Assembly (NCBI GenBank): GCA_964245715.1
Contig: CAXTNM010000017.1
Span: 2,911-66,910 of the forward strand
Source of the DNA: an uncultured Acidobacteriaceae bacterium
Lineage (GTDB): Bacteria; Acidobacteriota; Terriglobia; Terriglobales; Acidobacteriaceae
DNA length: 64,000 bases
Reading direction: 5' to 3'
Below the pieces are notes generated by a model, which made no database searches, had not been told where the DNA came from, and saw nothing but the letters and a program-made list of their open reading frames with translations. Shown here in pieces: positions 46,135-57,961 of the stretch. A program made the translations under genes and the position numbers. The first letter of the stretch is position 1; each line of letters starts with the position of its first letter.

Positions 46135-49100
46135 ATGGCGATCAACGAAGAGATGGTAGGAACGACGGCGCAGGTGGTGACTTCGATTGCGCCGGCTCCA
46201 GGTGAGAAACTCACCTTGGATGCGGTACGCGAAAAGCTTTCCGGTCAAACAGGCCGGCGCTTCTGGAAGAATCTGGACGAACTGGCGTCGACTCAAGAGT
46301 TCAACGAGTTGATGGCGGAGGAGTTCCCTCGTCAGGCGATGCAGGGGGAGTGGGTTGACGCAGTATCTCGCCGGGGCTTCCTGAAGGTGATGGGCGCTTC
46401 GCTTGCGCTTGCTGGCCTTGCCGGTTGCACCAAGCAGCCAGATGAGCCGATCTACCCTTATGTCCGGCAACCCGAGGATCTCGTGCTCGGTCGTCCCATG
46501 TTCTTTGCGACTGCCCACCCGTTCCCAACCGGCGCAATCCCGGTGCTCGTGAAGTCGGATGCTTTCCGTCCGATCAAGCTTGAGGGCAACCCCGATCATC
46601 CCGTCTCGAAGGGAAAGTCGGATGCAATCACGCAGGGTACGCTGCTCGAGCTTTACGATCCAGACCGTTCCCACCAGACCCTCTACAAGGGCTTCACCGC
46701 AGAGTTTGGAGACTTTCAGCAGAAATTGCTGACCGCGGCCAAGGCAAACCAAGGTAATGGAATTTACTTCCTGAGTGAGACGATTACCTCGCCGACCCTC
46801 GCAGCGCAGTGGCAGGGAGTCCAGAAAGCCTTCCCCGGTGCCAAGCTCATCCAGTGGGATCCCATCAACCAGGATTCATCCCGCGTCGCCTCGAAGGCAG
46901 CGTTCGGCAGCTATACCGATGCGCAGTACAAGCTTGAGAACGCCGATGTTATCGTCTCGCTTGACGCGGATTTTCTTGGCGGGATCGCTCATCCAGGCTT
47001 TTTACCGCTTGCCGCCGCGTATGCGGAGCGGCACCGGTTTGACGCTGAAGAACCCAACAAGCAGATGAACCGGCTCTACGTCGTGGAAACGATGCCGACG
47101 GTTACAGGCTTTAAAGCCGAGCATCGGCTTGCACTCAAGCCGAGCGAGATCGCCGTGTTTGCCGATGCACTCGCAAATGGTGGTTCGCCGACCTTCTCGA
47201 ACCCCGATGCGGCGAAGTTTCTGGCAGCCCTGCAGCAGGACCTGAAGGCTTCCAACGGCAGGGCCGTCGTCATTCCGGGTGAGCAGGCTGCGGCTTCCGT
47301 TCACTCCGCGGCCTACAAGCTGAATGGGAGCATTGGCGCAGTCGGTAAGACCGTCGTCTACACCGAGACGGTGAACCCGATGCCCAGCGAGCAGATCAAC
47401 GATCTCAAAGGCTTGGTCGGTGATATGAACGCCGGCAAAGTCAACTGGCTGGTGATGCTCGGCGTGAACCCCGTTTACGCCGCTCCGAAAGACCTGGAGT
47501 TCAAGTCAGCACTTGATCGGGTAAAGGTCACGGCTCACCTCGGCACCATCTACGACGAAACAGCAACCGAGTCCATGTGGCACATCAATAAGGCCCACTA
47601 CCTGGAATCATGGTCGGATGCACGTTCGTATGACGGCACCTTGACGATCATTCAGCCGATGATTGAGCCGCTCTACGGAGGTCACTCGGCACACGAGATT
47701 TTGCAGGGGCTGCTTGATAATCCCCAGGCTTCGGCCTTCGACGCGGTAAAGGCAAACGCAAAGCAGTACATCAAGGGCGACTTCGAGACGGGATTCAAGA
47801 AAGCCGTGCATGATGGCTGGATTGACGGTACCGCCTTTACGCCGAAGGCCGGTGGTGCAGGCGGCGGTTCAGTTCCTTTCGCTCCGACTGCTGTCGCTGG
47901 CCTGGAGATTGCGTTCAAGAACGATCCCTCGATCTACGACGGTCGTTTCGCAAACGTAGGATGGCTGCAGGAACTGCCGAAGCAGGTCACCAGCATGAGC
48001 TGGGATAATGCTGCCCTGATGAGCTTAGACACGCTAGGTAAACTCGGCATTGCAGAAAATGAAGCAATCGAACTGGATCTTAATGGTCGCAAGGTTGTTG
48101 CTCCAGTTCTGGCAGTTCCGGGTCATCCCAATGATGTAGTCACGGTTTACCTGGGCTTCGGTCGCAGTGATGCGGGTCGCGTGGGCTCAGGCGTCGGCTT
48201 CAACGCCTACACCCTGCGAACCAGTGATGCGCCGCTGACAGCGTCAGGTTTGAAGGTGACGCGAGGGAAGGGCACCTACGATCTTTGCGTCACGAAGGTC
48301 CATTCGATTGAGCATCGCGGCGCCTACGCTCAGCACGACCTTGAGCACACCCTGCTCGATACGAAGGGTACCTACTCGCTGCCTGGCCATGAGGCTCAGG
48401 AACGCGGAATTATCCGTTATGCCACGGTGGACGAGGCCCGTAAGACTCCCGACTTTGCACACGAAGGCTCGAACGAGACGCTGATCAATAAGGTTGGTTA
48501 CGGACCAGAGGGCGAAGATCCGAAGAAGGATGACAGCATGTTCGGGTGGGCCTGGCAGTACGACCACCAGGATCCTTCTACGCAGCAGGTGCAGTACAAG
48601 TGGGGCATGGCGATCGATCTGAACAGCTGTATCGGGTGCAACGCCTGCATCGTGGCCTGCTACGCGGAGAACAACATTGCAGTCGTCGGACGCGAACAGG
48701 TGAAGATCGGCCGCAATATGCAATGGTTGCGCATCGATACATACTTTGAAGGTGATCTGCATGCGCCCAAGGCGCACTTTCAGCCGATGGCTTGCCAGCA
48801 CTGCGAAAACGCAGGATGTGAACAGGTTTGTCCGGTCGGCGCAACAGTGCACACACCCGAAGGCATCAACACGATGGTCTACAACCGTTGCGTTGGAACT
48901 CGTTATTGCTCGAACAACTGCCCCTATAAGGTGCGCCGCTTCAACTTCCTCCTCTACTCCGATTACGACACGGAGAGCCTGAAGTTCATGCGCAATCCCG
49001 ACGTGACGGTCCGCTCGCGCGGTGTGATGGAAAAGTGCTCCTACTGTATTCAGCGCATCGAGTACGCAAAGATCGATGCCGATAAGGAGAATCGCCCGGT

Positions 49101-49302
49101 ACGCGACGGCGAGATCGTGACGGCGTGCCAGCAGAGCTGCCCGACCGAATCCATCGTCTTTGGCAATGTCAATGATTCGGCCAGCAAGGTGGCCAAACGT
49201 AAGGCGCAAGAGCGCGACTACCCCGTGCTGGCAGACCTCAACTTCCGGCCTCGCACGACGTACACGGCAGGCGTGATCAACCCGAACCCGGAGCTGGCAT
49301 AA
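46135..49302 (+). CDS. actB: Alternative complex III molybdopterin-oxidoreductase-like/Fe-S subunit
   Basis: Tat motif SRRGFLK with lipobox LAGC; C-terminal CIGCNACIVAC, CQHCENAGCEQVCP, CVGTRYCSNNCP and CSYC..CQQSCP clusters. Confidence 0.93.
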   Translation: MAINEEMVGTTAQVVTSIAPAPGEKLTLDAVREKLSGQTGRRFWKNLDELASTQEFNELMAEEFPRQAMQGEWVDAVSRRGFLKVMGASLALAGLAGCTKQPDEPIYPYVRQPEDLVLGRPMFFATAHPFPTGAIPVLVKSDAFRPIKLEGNPDHPVSKGKSDAITQGTLLELYDPDRSHQTLYKGFTAEFGDFQQKLLTAAKANQGNGIYFLSETITSPTLAAQWQGVQKAFPGAKLIQWDPINQDSSRVASKAAFGSYTDAQYKLENADVIVSLDADFLGGIAHPGFLPLAAAYAERHRFDAEEPNKQMNRLYVVETMPTVTGFKAEHRLALKPSEIAVFADALANGGSPTFSNPDAAKFLAALQQDLKASNGRAVVIPGEQAAASVHSAAYKLNGSIGAVGKTVVYTETVNPMPSEQINDLKGLVGDMNAGKVNWLVMLGVNPVYAAPKDLEFKSALDRVKVTAHLGTIYDETATESMWHINKAHYLESWSDARSYDGTLTIIQPMIEPLYGGHSAHEILQGLLDNPQASAFDAVKANAKQYIKGDFETGFKKAVHDGWIDGTAFTPKAGGAGGGSVPFAPTAVAGLEIAFKNDPSIYDGRFANVGWLQELPKQVTSMSWDNAALMSLDTLGKLGIAENEAIELDLNGRKVVAPVLAVPGHPNDVVTVYLGFGRSDAGRVGSGVGFNAYTLRTSDAPLTASGLKVTRGKGTYDLCVTKVHSIEHRGAYAQHDLEHTLLDTKGTYSLPGHEAQERGIIRYATVDEARKTPDFAHEGSNETLINKVGYGPEGEDPKKDDSMFGWAWQYDHQDPSTQQVQYKWGMAIDLNSCIGCNACIVACYAENNIAVVGREQVKIGRNMQWLRIDTYFEGDLHAPKAHFQPMACQHCENAGCEQVCPVGATVHTPEGINTMVYNRCVGTRYCSNNCPYKVRRFNFLLYSDYDTESLKFMRNPDVTVRSRGVMEKCSYCIQRIEYAKIDADKENRPVRDGEIVTACQQSCPTESIVFGNVNDSASKVAKRKAQERDYPVLADLNFRPRTTYTAGVINPNPELA

Positions 49303-50742
49303 ATGGCGACCAAACCTTCCTACGATCCGCAACTTGACCCAATGATCGATCCCCGAACCGGGGAATACGCGGTTATCGCACCAGGTCACAACTTCAAATC
49401 GGTGACGCAGAAGATTGCCGGTATCGTTCTAACGTCCAACACGCCGCTCGGCTGGTTCTTCGGCTTGGTGGTTGGTGGTGGTATTGCCACTGGCGTGGTC
49501 ATCGGCATCACCTGGCTGTTCCTGAAGGGCGTCGGCATCTGGGGAGTCACCATCCCAGGAGCCTGGGGCTTCGCGATCATCAACTTTGTGTGGTGGATTG
49601 GTATTGGCCACGCGGGCACGTTGATTTCCGCTATCCTCTTGCTCTTCAAGCAGACTTGGCGTAACTCAATCAACCGCTTCGCTGAAGCAATGACCATCTT
49701 CGCCGTGGTCTGTGCCGGAACCTTTCCGCTGATCCACGTTGGTCGTCCGTGGCTCGCGTACTGGCTCTTCCCCTATCCGAATACGATGAACGTGTGGCCA
49801 CAGTTTCGCTCGCCACTCGCCTGGGACGTGTTCGCGGTCTCGACCTACGCAACTATTTCGATTGTATTCTGGTACATCGGCATGATTCCCGATTTCGGGA
49901 CCTTGCGCGACCGCGCACAGTTGCCGCTTGCCAAATACTTCTACGGCTTGCTTTCACTTGGGTGGCGTGGCTCCACTCGCCACTGGATCCGGTATGAGTC
50001 AGCTTCCTTGCTGCTTGCCGGTCTGTCAACGCCGCTTGTTCTCTCGGTTCATACCGTCATCTCTTTTGACTTCGCTGTGGCTTCGCTCGCCGGCTGGCAT
50101 ACGACAATCTTCCCACCCTATTTCGTGGCTGGTGCCGTCTACTCTGGTTTCGCGATGGTGCTGACACTCGCAATCCCATTGCGGAAGTTCTACCACCTTG
50201 AAGATCTGGTCACTCTGCGGCACCTCGATAACATGGCGAAGGTCATGATCGGGACCGGTGGCATCGTTGCTTATGGATACGGCATGGAAGTCTTTATGTC
50301 GTGGTACTCGGCCAGCCACTGGGAGTTCTTCATGATGTGGAATCGTATGTTCGGACCGATGGGCTGGGCTTATTGGATCCTGATCCTCACAAATATTGCA
50401 ATCCCGCTGACTACCCTTTGGTCCCGCAAACTCCGGGTCAACGTGACTTTTCTCTTCATCCTGTCTTTGATCGTAAACACGGGTATGTGGTTTGAGCGCT
50501 TCGTTATTGTCGTGACGAGCTTGTATCGCGACTATCTGCCTTCAAGTTGGGGAACCTACCGTGCCACTAAGTGGGACTACATGATCTATGTGGGCACAAT
50601 GGGTCTCTTCACCGTACTTTTCTTCCTCTTTGTGCGCTTCCTGCCAATGATTCCGATGTCCGAGGTGCGGATGATGCTGCCGCAAACGAAGATCCGTCGT
50701 GGCGGCGAAGATGCTGAAGTCGTAATACAGGAGACTGTCTAA
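49303..50742 (+). CDS. actC: Alternative complex III quinol-binding NrfD/PsrC-like subunit
   Basis: NFVWWIGIGHAGTLISA, HVGRPW, RSPLAWD and WFERFVIV motifs. Confidence 0.93.
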   Translation: MATKPSYDPQLDPMIDPRTGEYAVIAPGHNFKSVTQKIAGIVLTSNTPLGWFFGLVVGGGIATGVVIGITWLFLKGVGIWGVTIPGAWGFAIINFVWWIGIGHAGTLISAILLLFKQTWRNSINRFAEAMTIFAVVCAGTFPLIHVGRPWLAYWLFPYPNTMNVWPQFRSPLAWDVFAVSTYATISIVFWYIGMIPDFGTLRDRAQLPLAKYFYGLLSLGWRGSTRHWIRYESASLLLAGLSTPLVLSVHTVISFDFAVASLAGWHTTIFPPYFVAGAVYSGFAMVLTLAIPLRKFYHLEDLVTLRHLDNMAKVMIGTGGIVAYGYGMEVFMSWYSASHWEFFMMWNRMFGPMGWAYWILILTNIAIPLTTLWSRKLRVNVTFLFILSLIVNTGMWFERFVIVVTSLYRDYLPSSWGTYRATKWDYMIYVGTMGLFTVLFFLFVRFLPMIPMSEVRMMLPQTKIRRGGEDAEVVIQETV

Positions 50743-51284
50743 TGCCGCCGCGTGAGGGAGTTTACGGGTTTCTTGCAGAATTCAACACGCCGGGCGAGCT
50801 GGTCCATGCGACTGAGGCGGCCTACCGCGATGGCTATCGTCGGATGGAATGCTATACACCCTATCCGGTGGAAGAAGCGGCGGAGGCGCTGCGCTTTCAT
50901 AAGACACGCGTGCCTCTGGTCTGTCTGCTCGGAGGCCTCATGGGCGTGACAACCGCATTTCTAATGGAGACTTGGATTAATGTTTGGGGTTATCCGCTCA
51001 ACATCGCAGGGCGTCCGCTATGGAGTTGGCCGGCGTTCATTATTCCTGCATATGAGTGGACGATTCTCTTTGCGGGGTTGTCCGCCGCATTTGGCATGAT
51101 CGCGATGTGCGGGCTGCCGCAGACGTATCACCCTGTCTTCAACGCACCGAACTTCCGAAACGGTGCAACGACGGATAAGTTCTTCCTGTGCATCGAGGCA
51201 TTCGATCCCAAGTTCTCGCTCGGTGACACAAGGGCCTTCCTTGAGCAGTTTCCTGCGGTCTCCGTAGTGGAGGTAGAGCATTGA
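50742..51284 (+). CDS. actD: Alternative complex III subunit D (DUF3341)
   Basis: AEF...YTPYP and NIAGRPLWSWPAFIIPAYE motifs; two hydrophobic helices. Confidence 0.9.
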   Translation: MPPREGVYGFLAEFNTPGELVHATEAAYRDGYRRMECYTPYPVEEAAEALRFHKTRVPLVCLLGGLMGVTTAFLMETWINVWGYPLNIAGRPLWSWPAFIIPAYEWTILFAGLSAAFGMIAMCGLPQTYHPVFNAPNFRNGATTDKFFLCIEAFDPKFSLGDTRAFLEQFPAVSVVEVEH

Positions 51285-51319
51285 GGCTGGGATCTGGAAT
51301 CAGTAAACAAGGATCGGCA

Positions 51320-52135
51320 ATGAAGAAGCTGACAACTTTCACGCTCACGTCGTTGGCCAGCGTGCTTTTGCTCGCCGGCTGCCGGCAGGACATGCACAAC
51401 CAGCCTAAGTTTTACCCGCAGCGAGGCACTACGTTCTATGCGGATGGCCGCTCTGTGCGGCCGCAGGTTGAGAACACGGTGGCTCGCGGCCAACTCGGAC
51501 AAGAGGACTACTTCCATACTGGACTCATCAATGGGCAAGAAGGCAATGCTCTTCCGTTCCCGGTGAACATGGACGTTCTGGCGCGTGGCCAGGAACGGTA
51601 CAACATTTACTGCACGCCTTGCCACTCACGGGTAGGCAATGGTGCGGGCATGATTGTTCAGCGCGGGTACGCGAAGGCCGGCAACTTTCATACGGCTAGG
51701 CTTGAGGCTGCGCCACTCGGGCATTTCTTTAATGTCATTACCAACGGCTACGGAGCGATGCCCGACTACTCAGCGCAAGTTACACCGGAAGACCGCTGGG
51801 CGATCGTGGCCTACATCAAGGCCCTGCAGCTGAGTCAAAGTGCCCAGCAGTCAGATATCGCAACCGGAGAGCACGTGCAGCCGCTGGCGGATATCGCTGA
51901 GCAGGAAGGTTTCCCCCGCAACTTTGCGGCAGAGTGGACACTACCACCGACCGCAGTCGAAGGCACCCCGACCGGCGACAACTATGTGATTCAGCCGGGG
52001 CAGATTGGTCACGCTACTGCCAACATCGGGAAACCGGGGGGACAGGATCAATCCAAGAGCCAGACTAGTACAGGTTATCCGCTTCCGGCCTATACCCCGA
52101 CAGACCCGAATGAAGTGCGAGCGAGTCATCCATAA
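51320..52135 (+). CDS. actE: Alternative complex III monoheme lipoprotein cytochrome c
   Basis: Lipobox LLAGC-RQDM, CTPCH and GAMP. An alternative TTG start at 51281 is possible. Confidence 0.9.
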   Translation: MKKLTTFTLTSLASVLLLAGCRQDMHNQPKFYPQRGTTFYADGRSVRPQVENTVARGQLGQEDYFHTGLINGQEGNALPFPVNMDVLARGQERYNIYCTPCHSRVGNGAGMIVQRGYAKAGNFHTARLEAAPLGHFFNVITNGYGAMPDYSAQVTPEDRWAIVAYIKALQLSQSAQQSDIATGEHVQPLADIAEQEGFPRNFAAEWTLPPTAVEGTPTGDNYVIQPGQIGHATANIGKPGGQDQSKSQTSTGYPLPAYTPTDPNEVRASHP

Positions 52136-52197
52136 CTGCAACAAGAAACACTCAACAGCAGGTTTGACCAAATTGATTGCATGAAGGCCTGAAACGT

Positions 52198-53523
52198 ATG
52201 TCATCAGCACACGCACAATCCGAGGCACACCATCACGACGGCCCGCGCAGCCTGCCGTCGGTCTTGGGCTCGCCTGAAACCCTGTCCAAGTGGCGCACGC
52301 AAGCTCTTGTAGTTTCCGTTGTGGCGACGCTGCTGTCGCTTGTCTTCTTCGCGGCACCCCTTGGACCGCAACATGTCCTGCGGGCCTACCTGCTCGGATT
52401 TATGATCTCCTTTAGCCTGGCAGGTGGCGGCTTGGTTATGTTGATGCTGCAGTATGTCTCCGGGGGTAAATGGGGCATGTTGCTGCGGCGGCCGCTTGAG
52501 GCGATGTCCCGTACCCTCGGACTCGTTGCCGTCCTCTTTATTCCCGTTGGCATCTTCGCCAAGTACCTATATCAGTGGGCAAGGTTCACCACCAAGGGTG
52601 CCGAGTACGACGCGTTGAGCAAGGGCCTTGTAACAAAAGAGCAGGCACTCACAGCTATCTCCAAATACACGATGTTCAATCCGGTGGCTGCTGCGATTCA
52701 GACGGTGTTAATTTTCAGTATTCTTATCTTGTTTGCGACCTTGTTGAACAAGTGGTCGCTCCAGCGCGATGCGGATCCGGCGCGGGGTACCATTGCGAGC
52801 TATGACAAGTGGCGGGTACGATTCGAGAATCTTTCCGGTCCCGGCATCTTTATCTATGTCGTTTGTTTGACTGATGGAGCTCTGCTCTGGATTATGTCGC
52901 TGGATGTGACCTGGTACTCTTCGATTTGGGGCCTTCAGTTCCTCGTGGGACAGGGATTTATTGTGCTCGCAGTCGGTATTCTTACGGTAATCAAGCTTTC
53001 TAAGGTTGAGCCAATGAAGACCCTGCTCAGGACCACGGAACAGCATGACTTGGGCAAGTTTGCCTTCGCGTTCGTGATGCTCAACATGTACTTAACTTTC
53101 GCCGAGTTTTTGATCATCTGGTCAGGAAATGTACCGGATGAAATCCCTTGGTACCTGGCTCGTATCCGTGGCGGTTGGTGGGGTATCTGTACGTTGGACT
53201 TTGTCTGCCACTGGCTGATTCCCTTCTGCCTGCTGCTCTCGCGAAATCTCAAACGGGATAAGAAAAGACTTTCCGCTCTCTGCATCTTTATGATTTTCGC
53301 GCGGTGCCTCGATATGTTCTGGCTTATTGAGCCCAACTTCAAGGATGCTGCCGGCAACCTGCACATCGTGGGCAACTGGGGCATTCTCGCGTACATCACG
53401 GTGCCGCTCGCTGTACTCGCGCTCTGGGCTGCGTACTACTTCCACCAGCTGATGTCGCGTCCATTGGTTAACGTCAACGATCCTCACCTCGAGGAGATGC
53501 TGGAGCCTGAACATGCTCACTAG
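52198..53523 (+). CDS. actF: Alternative complex III membrane subunit F
   Basis: About 10 hydrophobic helices; GGKWG..LRRPLE, WYSSIWG, HDLGK..FAF and WSGNVPDE motifs. Confidence 0.9.
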   Translation: MSSAHAQSEAHHHDGPRSLPSVLGSPETLSKWRTQALVVSVVATLLSLVFFAAPLGPQHVLRAYLLGFMISFSLAGGGLVMLMLQYVSGGKWGMLLRRPLEAMSRTLGLVAVLFIPVGIFAKYLYQWARFTTKGAEYDALSKGLVTKEQALTAISKYTMFNPVAAAIQTVLIFSILILFATLLNKWSLQRDADPARGTIASYDKWRVRFENLSGPGIFIYVVCLTDGALLWIMSLDVTWYSSIWGLQFLVGQGFIVLAVGILTVIKLSKVEPMKTLLRTTEQHDLGKFAFAFVMLNMYLTFAEFLIIWSGNVPDEIPWYLARIRGGWWGICTLDFVCHWLIPFCLLLSRNLKRDKKRLSALCIFMIFARCLDMFWLIEPNFKDAAGNLHIVGNWGILAYITVPLAVLALWAAYYFHQLMSRPLVNVNDPHLEEMLEPEHAH

Positions 53524-54220
53524 AAAAGATGGCGACGAGTACAAGGCGCCTAATGAAGGCCATAATTTCCCTACGCCCGGTGCCGAGAGCGCCAAGCTCG
53601 GGTACGAGACAAGCGATGTCAACGTGGGCGGGGTGGTCGTGTTCATTGGTGGCCTTTTCGGCTTCGTGCTGATCTTCTTTGTCTTCTGCTTTCTGATGGG
53701 CCGCGTCATCAACGACGGGCTCAACAAGCAGGACGGACCGCCAAATAAATGGCATGCCCAGGCAATGGTGAACGCTGGCGGGAGTCCGACCACCACGACA
53801 CAAAAACGGGAAAACCTTAAGTCGAACGCGGCCATGGAGCAGCAGGAACTGCAGCAGATGACCACGCAATTCCCGCAGCCTCGACTTGAAATGGACGACG
53901 GCAATCAAGACATCTCCGATCTGCATGCGCGCGAGGACCTGTTGTTGGACCACTACAGTCAAGTCCCAGGTGATAATGGGATTCGCATTCCAATCGAACA
54001 TGCCATGCAACTCGTCGCACAACGCGGATTGCCGGTCGCATCGGAGGCGCCGAAGGATGAGAAGCTGGCGTATGACACACAGCCGATAGTCACCGCGCCC
54101 CTGACGAGCGGATTCGCAAGGACCGGCTACGAGTTGGATCAGATGAGAGCGCGTGAGCAGAAGTTAGACTTTGGCAAAGCCGAACAAGCTGAGCACGCAG
54201 AGTTGCATCCCGTGAAATAG
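53513..54220 (+). CDS. Single-pass membrane protein of act/cta operons
   Basis: GYETSDV, one transmembrane helix, PQPRLE and RIPIEHAM; located between actF and sco. Confidence 0.7.
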   Translation: MLTRKDGDEYKAPNEGHNFPTPGAESAKLGYETSDVNVGGVVVFIGGLFGFVLIFFVFCFLMGRVINDGLNKQDGPPNKWHAQAMVNAGGSPTTTTQKRENLKSNAAMEQQELQQMTTQFPQPRLEMDDGNQDISDLHAREDLLLDHYSQVPGDNGIRIPIEHAMQLVAQRGLPVASEAPKDEKLAYDTQPIVTAPLTSGFARTGYELDQMRAREQKLDFGKAEQAEHAELHPVK

Positions 54221-54270
54221 GGAACAGAGCGCCCGGCATACATGGGTCTTTCGGGCTTTAGCATGGTTAT

Positions 54271-55215
54271 ATGACAGTCTTTCGGGATCTTACAACGATG
54301 ATGCTGGGCAGAAAAATTCGGAGAGCTCTGGGAACGGCAATGATGTCTTGCCTGCTTACCGGCGCGCTGGCCTCTGCCCAGGTGTCCTCGTATGGGGACA
54401 AGCAAGAGGGCGAGAACCGCGGCGATGAACTTCCAAGGGTGCTGAAGGGTGTTCAGGTTTCGCAGCATCTGAACCAGCAACTCCCGATGGACGCTCAGTT
54501 CGTCGATGAGACCGGTAAAGAGGTCAGGCTCGGCGACTACTTTGGCCAGAAACCTGCTGTTCTTACCATGGTCTATTACAATTGCCCAATGCTCTGCTCC
54601 GAGGAGCTTGACGGATTGACCGGGGCACTTGAGATGGTGAAGCTTGATCCCGGTAAGGACTTCAATGTCATAGTCATAAGTATCGATCCTTCAGAAGGGC
54701 CGGAACTTGCAGCGAAGAAGAAGGCATTCTACCTCAAGCGCTACGGTAGGCCCGAAACGGCAAGCGGCTGGCACTTCCTCACCGGCAAAAAAGTTGCAAT
54801 CGACGCTGTCTCCGCCACCACAGGCTATGGATATGTGAGAGTTCCCGGACCAGACGGAACGCTGTCGCAGTTTGCTCATGCGAGCTCAATCGAGGTGATA
54901 ACCACCGATGGAAAGCTTGCGCAGTACTACTTAGGCGTCGAATATTCTCCGAAGGACGTGCTTCTGGGCCTTATTGAAGCTTCAGGTAATAAGATTGGAT
55001 CACCGGTAGCGAATATCTTGACGTACTGCTACCACTACGATCCAGAAACCAACAAGCATTCGCTCATCGTCGCGAGGGTAGTGCAGTTGGGTGGTATGGT
55101 CACCATGGCCAGCTTAGGTGGGTTCATGTTTCTGATGTTTCGCAAAGATGTACGGCTCGCACGAGCTAGCGCTCTAACAAAGAATGGCGCAAACAACGAC
55201 TTGGATAAAGGGTAA
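54271..55215 (+). CDS. SCO1/SenC copper chaperone
   Basis: YYNCPMLC motif and FAHASS histidine; start codon uncertain. Confidence 0.9.
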   Translation: MTVFRDLTTMMLGRKIRRALGTAMMSCLLTGALASAQVSSYGDKQEGENRGDELPRVLKGVQVSQHLNQQLPMDAQFVDETGKEVRLGDYFGQKPAVLTMVYYNCPMLCSEELDGLTGALEMVKLDPGKDFNVIVISIDPSEGPELAAKKKAFYLKRYGRPETASGWHFLTGKKVAIDAVSATTGYGYVRVPGPDGTLSQFAHASSIEVITTDGKLAQYYLGVEYSPKDVLLGLIEASGNKIGSPVANILTYCYHYDPETNKHSLIVARVVQLGGMVTMASLGGFMFLMFRKDVRLARASALTKNGANNDLDKG

Positions 55216-55217
55216 CG

Positions 55218-56291
55218 ATGAACAGGTTTATTAGTCCGGTTCTGTGGGAATTTTTGGTGAAGTGGCTCCACGCGTCGGCGTTGTTTCCAGCCGAAGCCTC
55301 GACCATTGCGCCTTACGCAGATGCGCTGTATTTCTTTCTGATCGGCATGACGTTGACTGGTTTGCTGCTCGTTGGTGTGCTCGTGTTCGGATTCTCGATC
55401 CGCTATCGTAAGGCTCGCAACCCGGTGGCCACACAAGTTGAAGGCTCAACTCTACTTGAAGCGACATGGACGATCATCCCACTGGCGATCTTCCTGGTGA
55501 CCTTCGTCTGGGGTGCATTGCTCTACTTTCGCATCTACAACCCGCCAACCAATGCGATGAATATCTACATCGTGGGCAAGCAGTGGATGTGGAAGGCAGA
55601 GCATCCAGGCGGCCAGCATGAGATCAACGCGCTGCACGTTCCCGCAGGGCGGCCTGTTCAGCTGACAATGATTTCCATGGACGTGTTCCATAGTTTTTCT
55701 ATTCCGGATTTCCGGGTCAAGCGCGAAGTTATCCCAGGTCGCTACTCAACTGTTTGGTTTCAGGCGACAGAACCAGGGACTTATCATCTATTCTGCACGC
55801 AATATTGCGGGACCAAGCATTCTGGCATGATTGGCGAAGTCACGGTCATGACTCCGGAGGATTATCAAAAGTGGACTGAAGAGTCTACCAGCGGAACTTC
55901 ATTGGCACAGAATGGCGAGCGTCTCTTTGCGAGCATGGGTTGCAATCAATGCCACAACGGAACGCCGGCAGCACGTGGTCCAAGTCTTGCCGGGGTTTAC
56001 GGCTCGAAGCTTCAGCTTACGAACGGCTCGCAGGTTTTGGTGAACGATGCATATTTGCGCGATTCGATCTTAAATCCGTCAGAGCACGTGACGGCGGGGT
56101 ACGCGCCGATCATGCCGACCTATCAAGGGCAGATCAGCGAGGACGGGCTTATTGATTTAGTGGAATTTATAAAGCAGCAAAACAATAACTATCGGGTCCA
56201 GCAGACGCTGGGTACTGAACAATCAGGTGTTACGGCGCCAAGTGCGCCGGGTAACGCGGCGCCCACAACGCCGGGGATGGTCAAGCCATGA
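55218..56291 (+). CDS. ctaC: Cytochrome c oxidase subunit II with fused cytochrome c (caa3 type)
   Basis: CuA ligands DVFHSF and [12 protein letters not shown]; C-terminal CNQCH. Confidence 0.95.
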   Translation: MNRFISPVLWEFLVKWLHASALFPAEASTIAPYADALYFFLIGMTLTGLLLVGVLVFGFSIRYRKARNPVATQVEGSTLLEATWTIIPLAIFLVTFVWGALLYFRIYNPPTNAMNIYIVGKQWMWKAEHPGGQHEINALHVPAGRPVQLTMISMDVFHSFSIPDFRVKREVIPGRYSTVWFQATEPGTYHLFCTQYCGTKHSGMIGEVTVMTPEDYQKWTEESTSGTSLAQNGERLFASMGCNQCHNGTPAARGPSLAGVYGSKLQLTNGSQVLVNDAYLRDSILNPSEHVTAGYAPIMPTYQGQISEDGLIDLVEFIKQQNNNYRVQQTLGTEQSGVTAPSAPGNAAPTTPGMVKP

Positions 56292-57961
56292 GTGCAACCC
56301 CTAATACGATCGTCAATCTGCCGGATCAGCGTACGGCGACGTTGCCGAAGCGGAACTACCTCAACAATGAACATGGGCTGTTAAGCTGGCTGCTAACCGG
56401 CGATCATAAACGCATCGCCATGTTGTATTTGATCTCAATTACATTTTTCTTCTTTATTGGTGGCGCGTTCGCTGGCCTCATCCGTCTCGAACTGCTAACG
56501 CCGCAACCGGACCTAGTCGCTTCAGACACGTACAACAAGTTCTTCACCATGCACGGCATCATCATGATCTTTTTATTTCTAGTGCCGTCCGTGCCGGCGA
56601 CCCTCGGAAACTTCCTCATTCCAATCATGCTGGGCGCAAAGGATCTCGCATTCCCCAAGATCAACCTGCTCAGCTGGTACCTGTATCTTGCAGGCGGAAC
56701 CTTTACGCTGGCTGCGCTTGTGCTCGGCGGGGTTGATACAGGCTGGACGTTCACGACGCCACTTTCGACTCACTACCTCAATACCCACGTCATCACCGCA
56801 GCAACAGCCATCTTCATCGCTGGTTTTAGCTCGATCTTTACTGGGTTGAACTTCATTGTGACGATCCACCGCATGCGCGCGCCTGGCATGACCTGGTTCC
56901 GGATGCCGCTATTCGTCTGGTCCAACTATGCGGCTTCCATCCTGATGGTTCTTGGTACCCCTGTACTTGCAATCGCGATTGTACTTGTTGCGCTCGAGCG
57001 CTTAATAGGTATCGGCGTCTTCGATCCGACCAAGGGCGGCGACCCACTCCTCTTCCAACACCTTTTCTGGTTCTACTCTCACCCGGCGGTGTACATCATG
57101 ATTTTGCCGGGTATGGGCGTTATCTCAGAAGTCATTTCGACCTTTAGTCGCAAACGGGTCTTTGGTTACACAGCCGTCGCATTCTCCTCTGTAGCAATCG
57201 CAGTGTTTGGATTCTTCGTCTGGGCGCACCACATGTTCATTATGGGTGTCTCCAACTACTCTGCTCTCGTGTTCTCGTTGCTCACGATGCTTGTTGCAGT
57301 TCCCTCAGCAATTAAGATCTTCAACTGGGCCTTTACATTGCAAAAGGGTTCTATCACTTTCGAGACTCCTATGCTTTACGCTTTCGGCTTTATGGGTCTC
57401 TTTACAATTGGGGGCTTGACTGGCGTTTTCCTAGGAGCCCTCGGTATGGACATTCACCTTACCGAGACCTACTTTATCGTGGCGCATTTCCACTTCGTCA
57501 TGGTGGGCGGTATGCTGATGGCCTTCCTGGCAGGGATTCACTTCTGGTGGCCCAAGATGACGGGTCGCATGTACTCGGAGCCCCTCTCAAAGCTGGCCGC
57601 CGTAACAACCTTCATTGGCTTCAACCTAACCTTCATGCCGCAATTCATCCTCGGCTACTTAGGGATGCCACGCAGGTACCATGCTTATCCGGCTGAGTTC
57701 CAGGTCCTCAACGTACTTTCGACTGCGGGTGCAACCGTGCTGGGAGTCGGCTATATGCTTCCGCTTCTATACCTTGCATGGTCACTGCGATATGGTGCAA
57801 TTGCAGGGAACAATCCGTGGCAGGCGACCGGTTTGGAGTGGCAGATTCAGTCACCTCCTCTTACCGAAAACTTCATTGAGGTTCCGGTGATCGACTATGA
57901 AGCCTACGATTATGAATGGCTTGCGAACAAGACGGCAAACGAGGTAACGACCGTTGGCTAA
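56288..57961 (+). CDS. ctaD: Cytochrome c oxidase subunit I, type A2
   Basis: [13 protein letters not shown] (YS motif of A2 enzymes), WAHHM and AHFHF. Confidence 0.96.
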   Translation: MSATPNTIVNLPDQRTATLPKRNYLNNEHGLLSWLLTGDHKRIAMLYLISITFFFFIGGAFAGLIRLELLTPQPDLVASDTYNKFFTMHGIIMIFLFLVPSVPATLGNFLIPIMLGAKDLAFPKINLLSWYLYLAGGTFTLAALVLGGVDTGWTFTTPLSTHYLNTHVITAATAIFIAGFSSIFTGLNFIVTIHRMRAPGMTWFRMPLFVWSNYAASILMVLGTPVLAIAIVLVALERLIGIGVFDPTKGGDPLLFQHLFWFYSHPAVYIMILPGMGVISEVISTFSRKRVFGYTAVAFSSVAIAVFGFFVWAHHMFIMGVSNYSALVFSLLTMLVAVPSAIKIFNWAFTLQKGSITFETPMLYAFGFMGLFTIGGLTGVFLGALGMDIHLTETYFIVAHFHFVMVGGMLMAFLAGIHFWWPKMTGRMYSEPLSKLAAVTTFIGFNLTFMPQFILGYLGMPRRYHAYPAEFQVLNVLSTAGATVLGVGYMLPLLYLAWSLRYGAIAGNNPWQATGLEWQIQSPPLTENFIEVPVIDYEAYDYEWLANKTANEVTTVG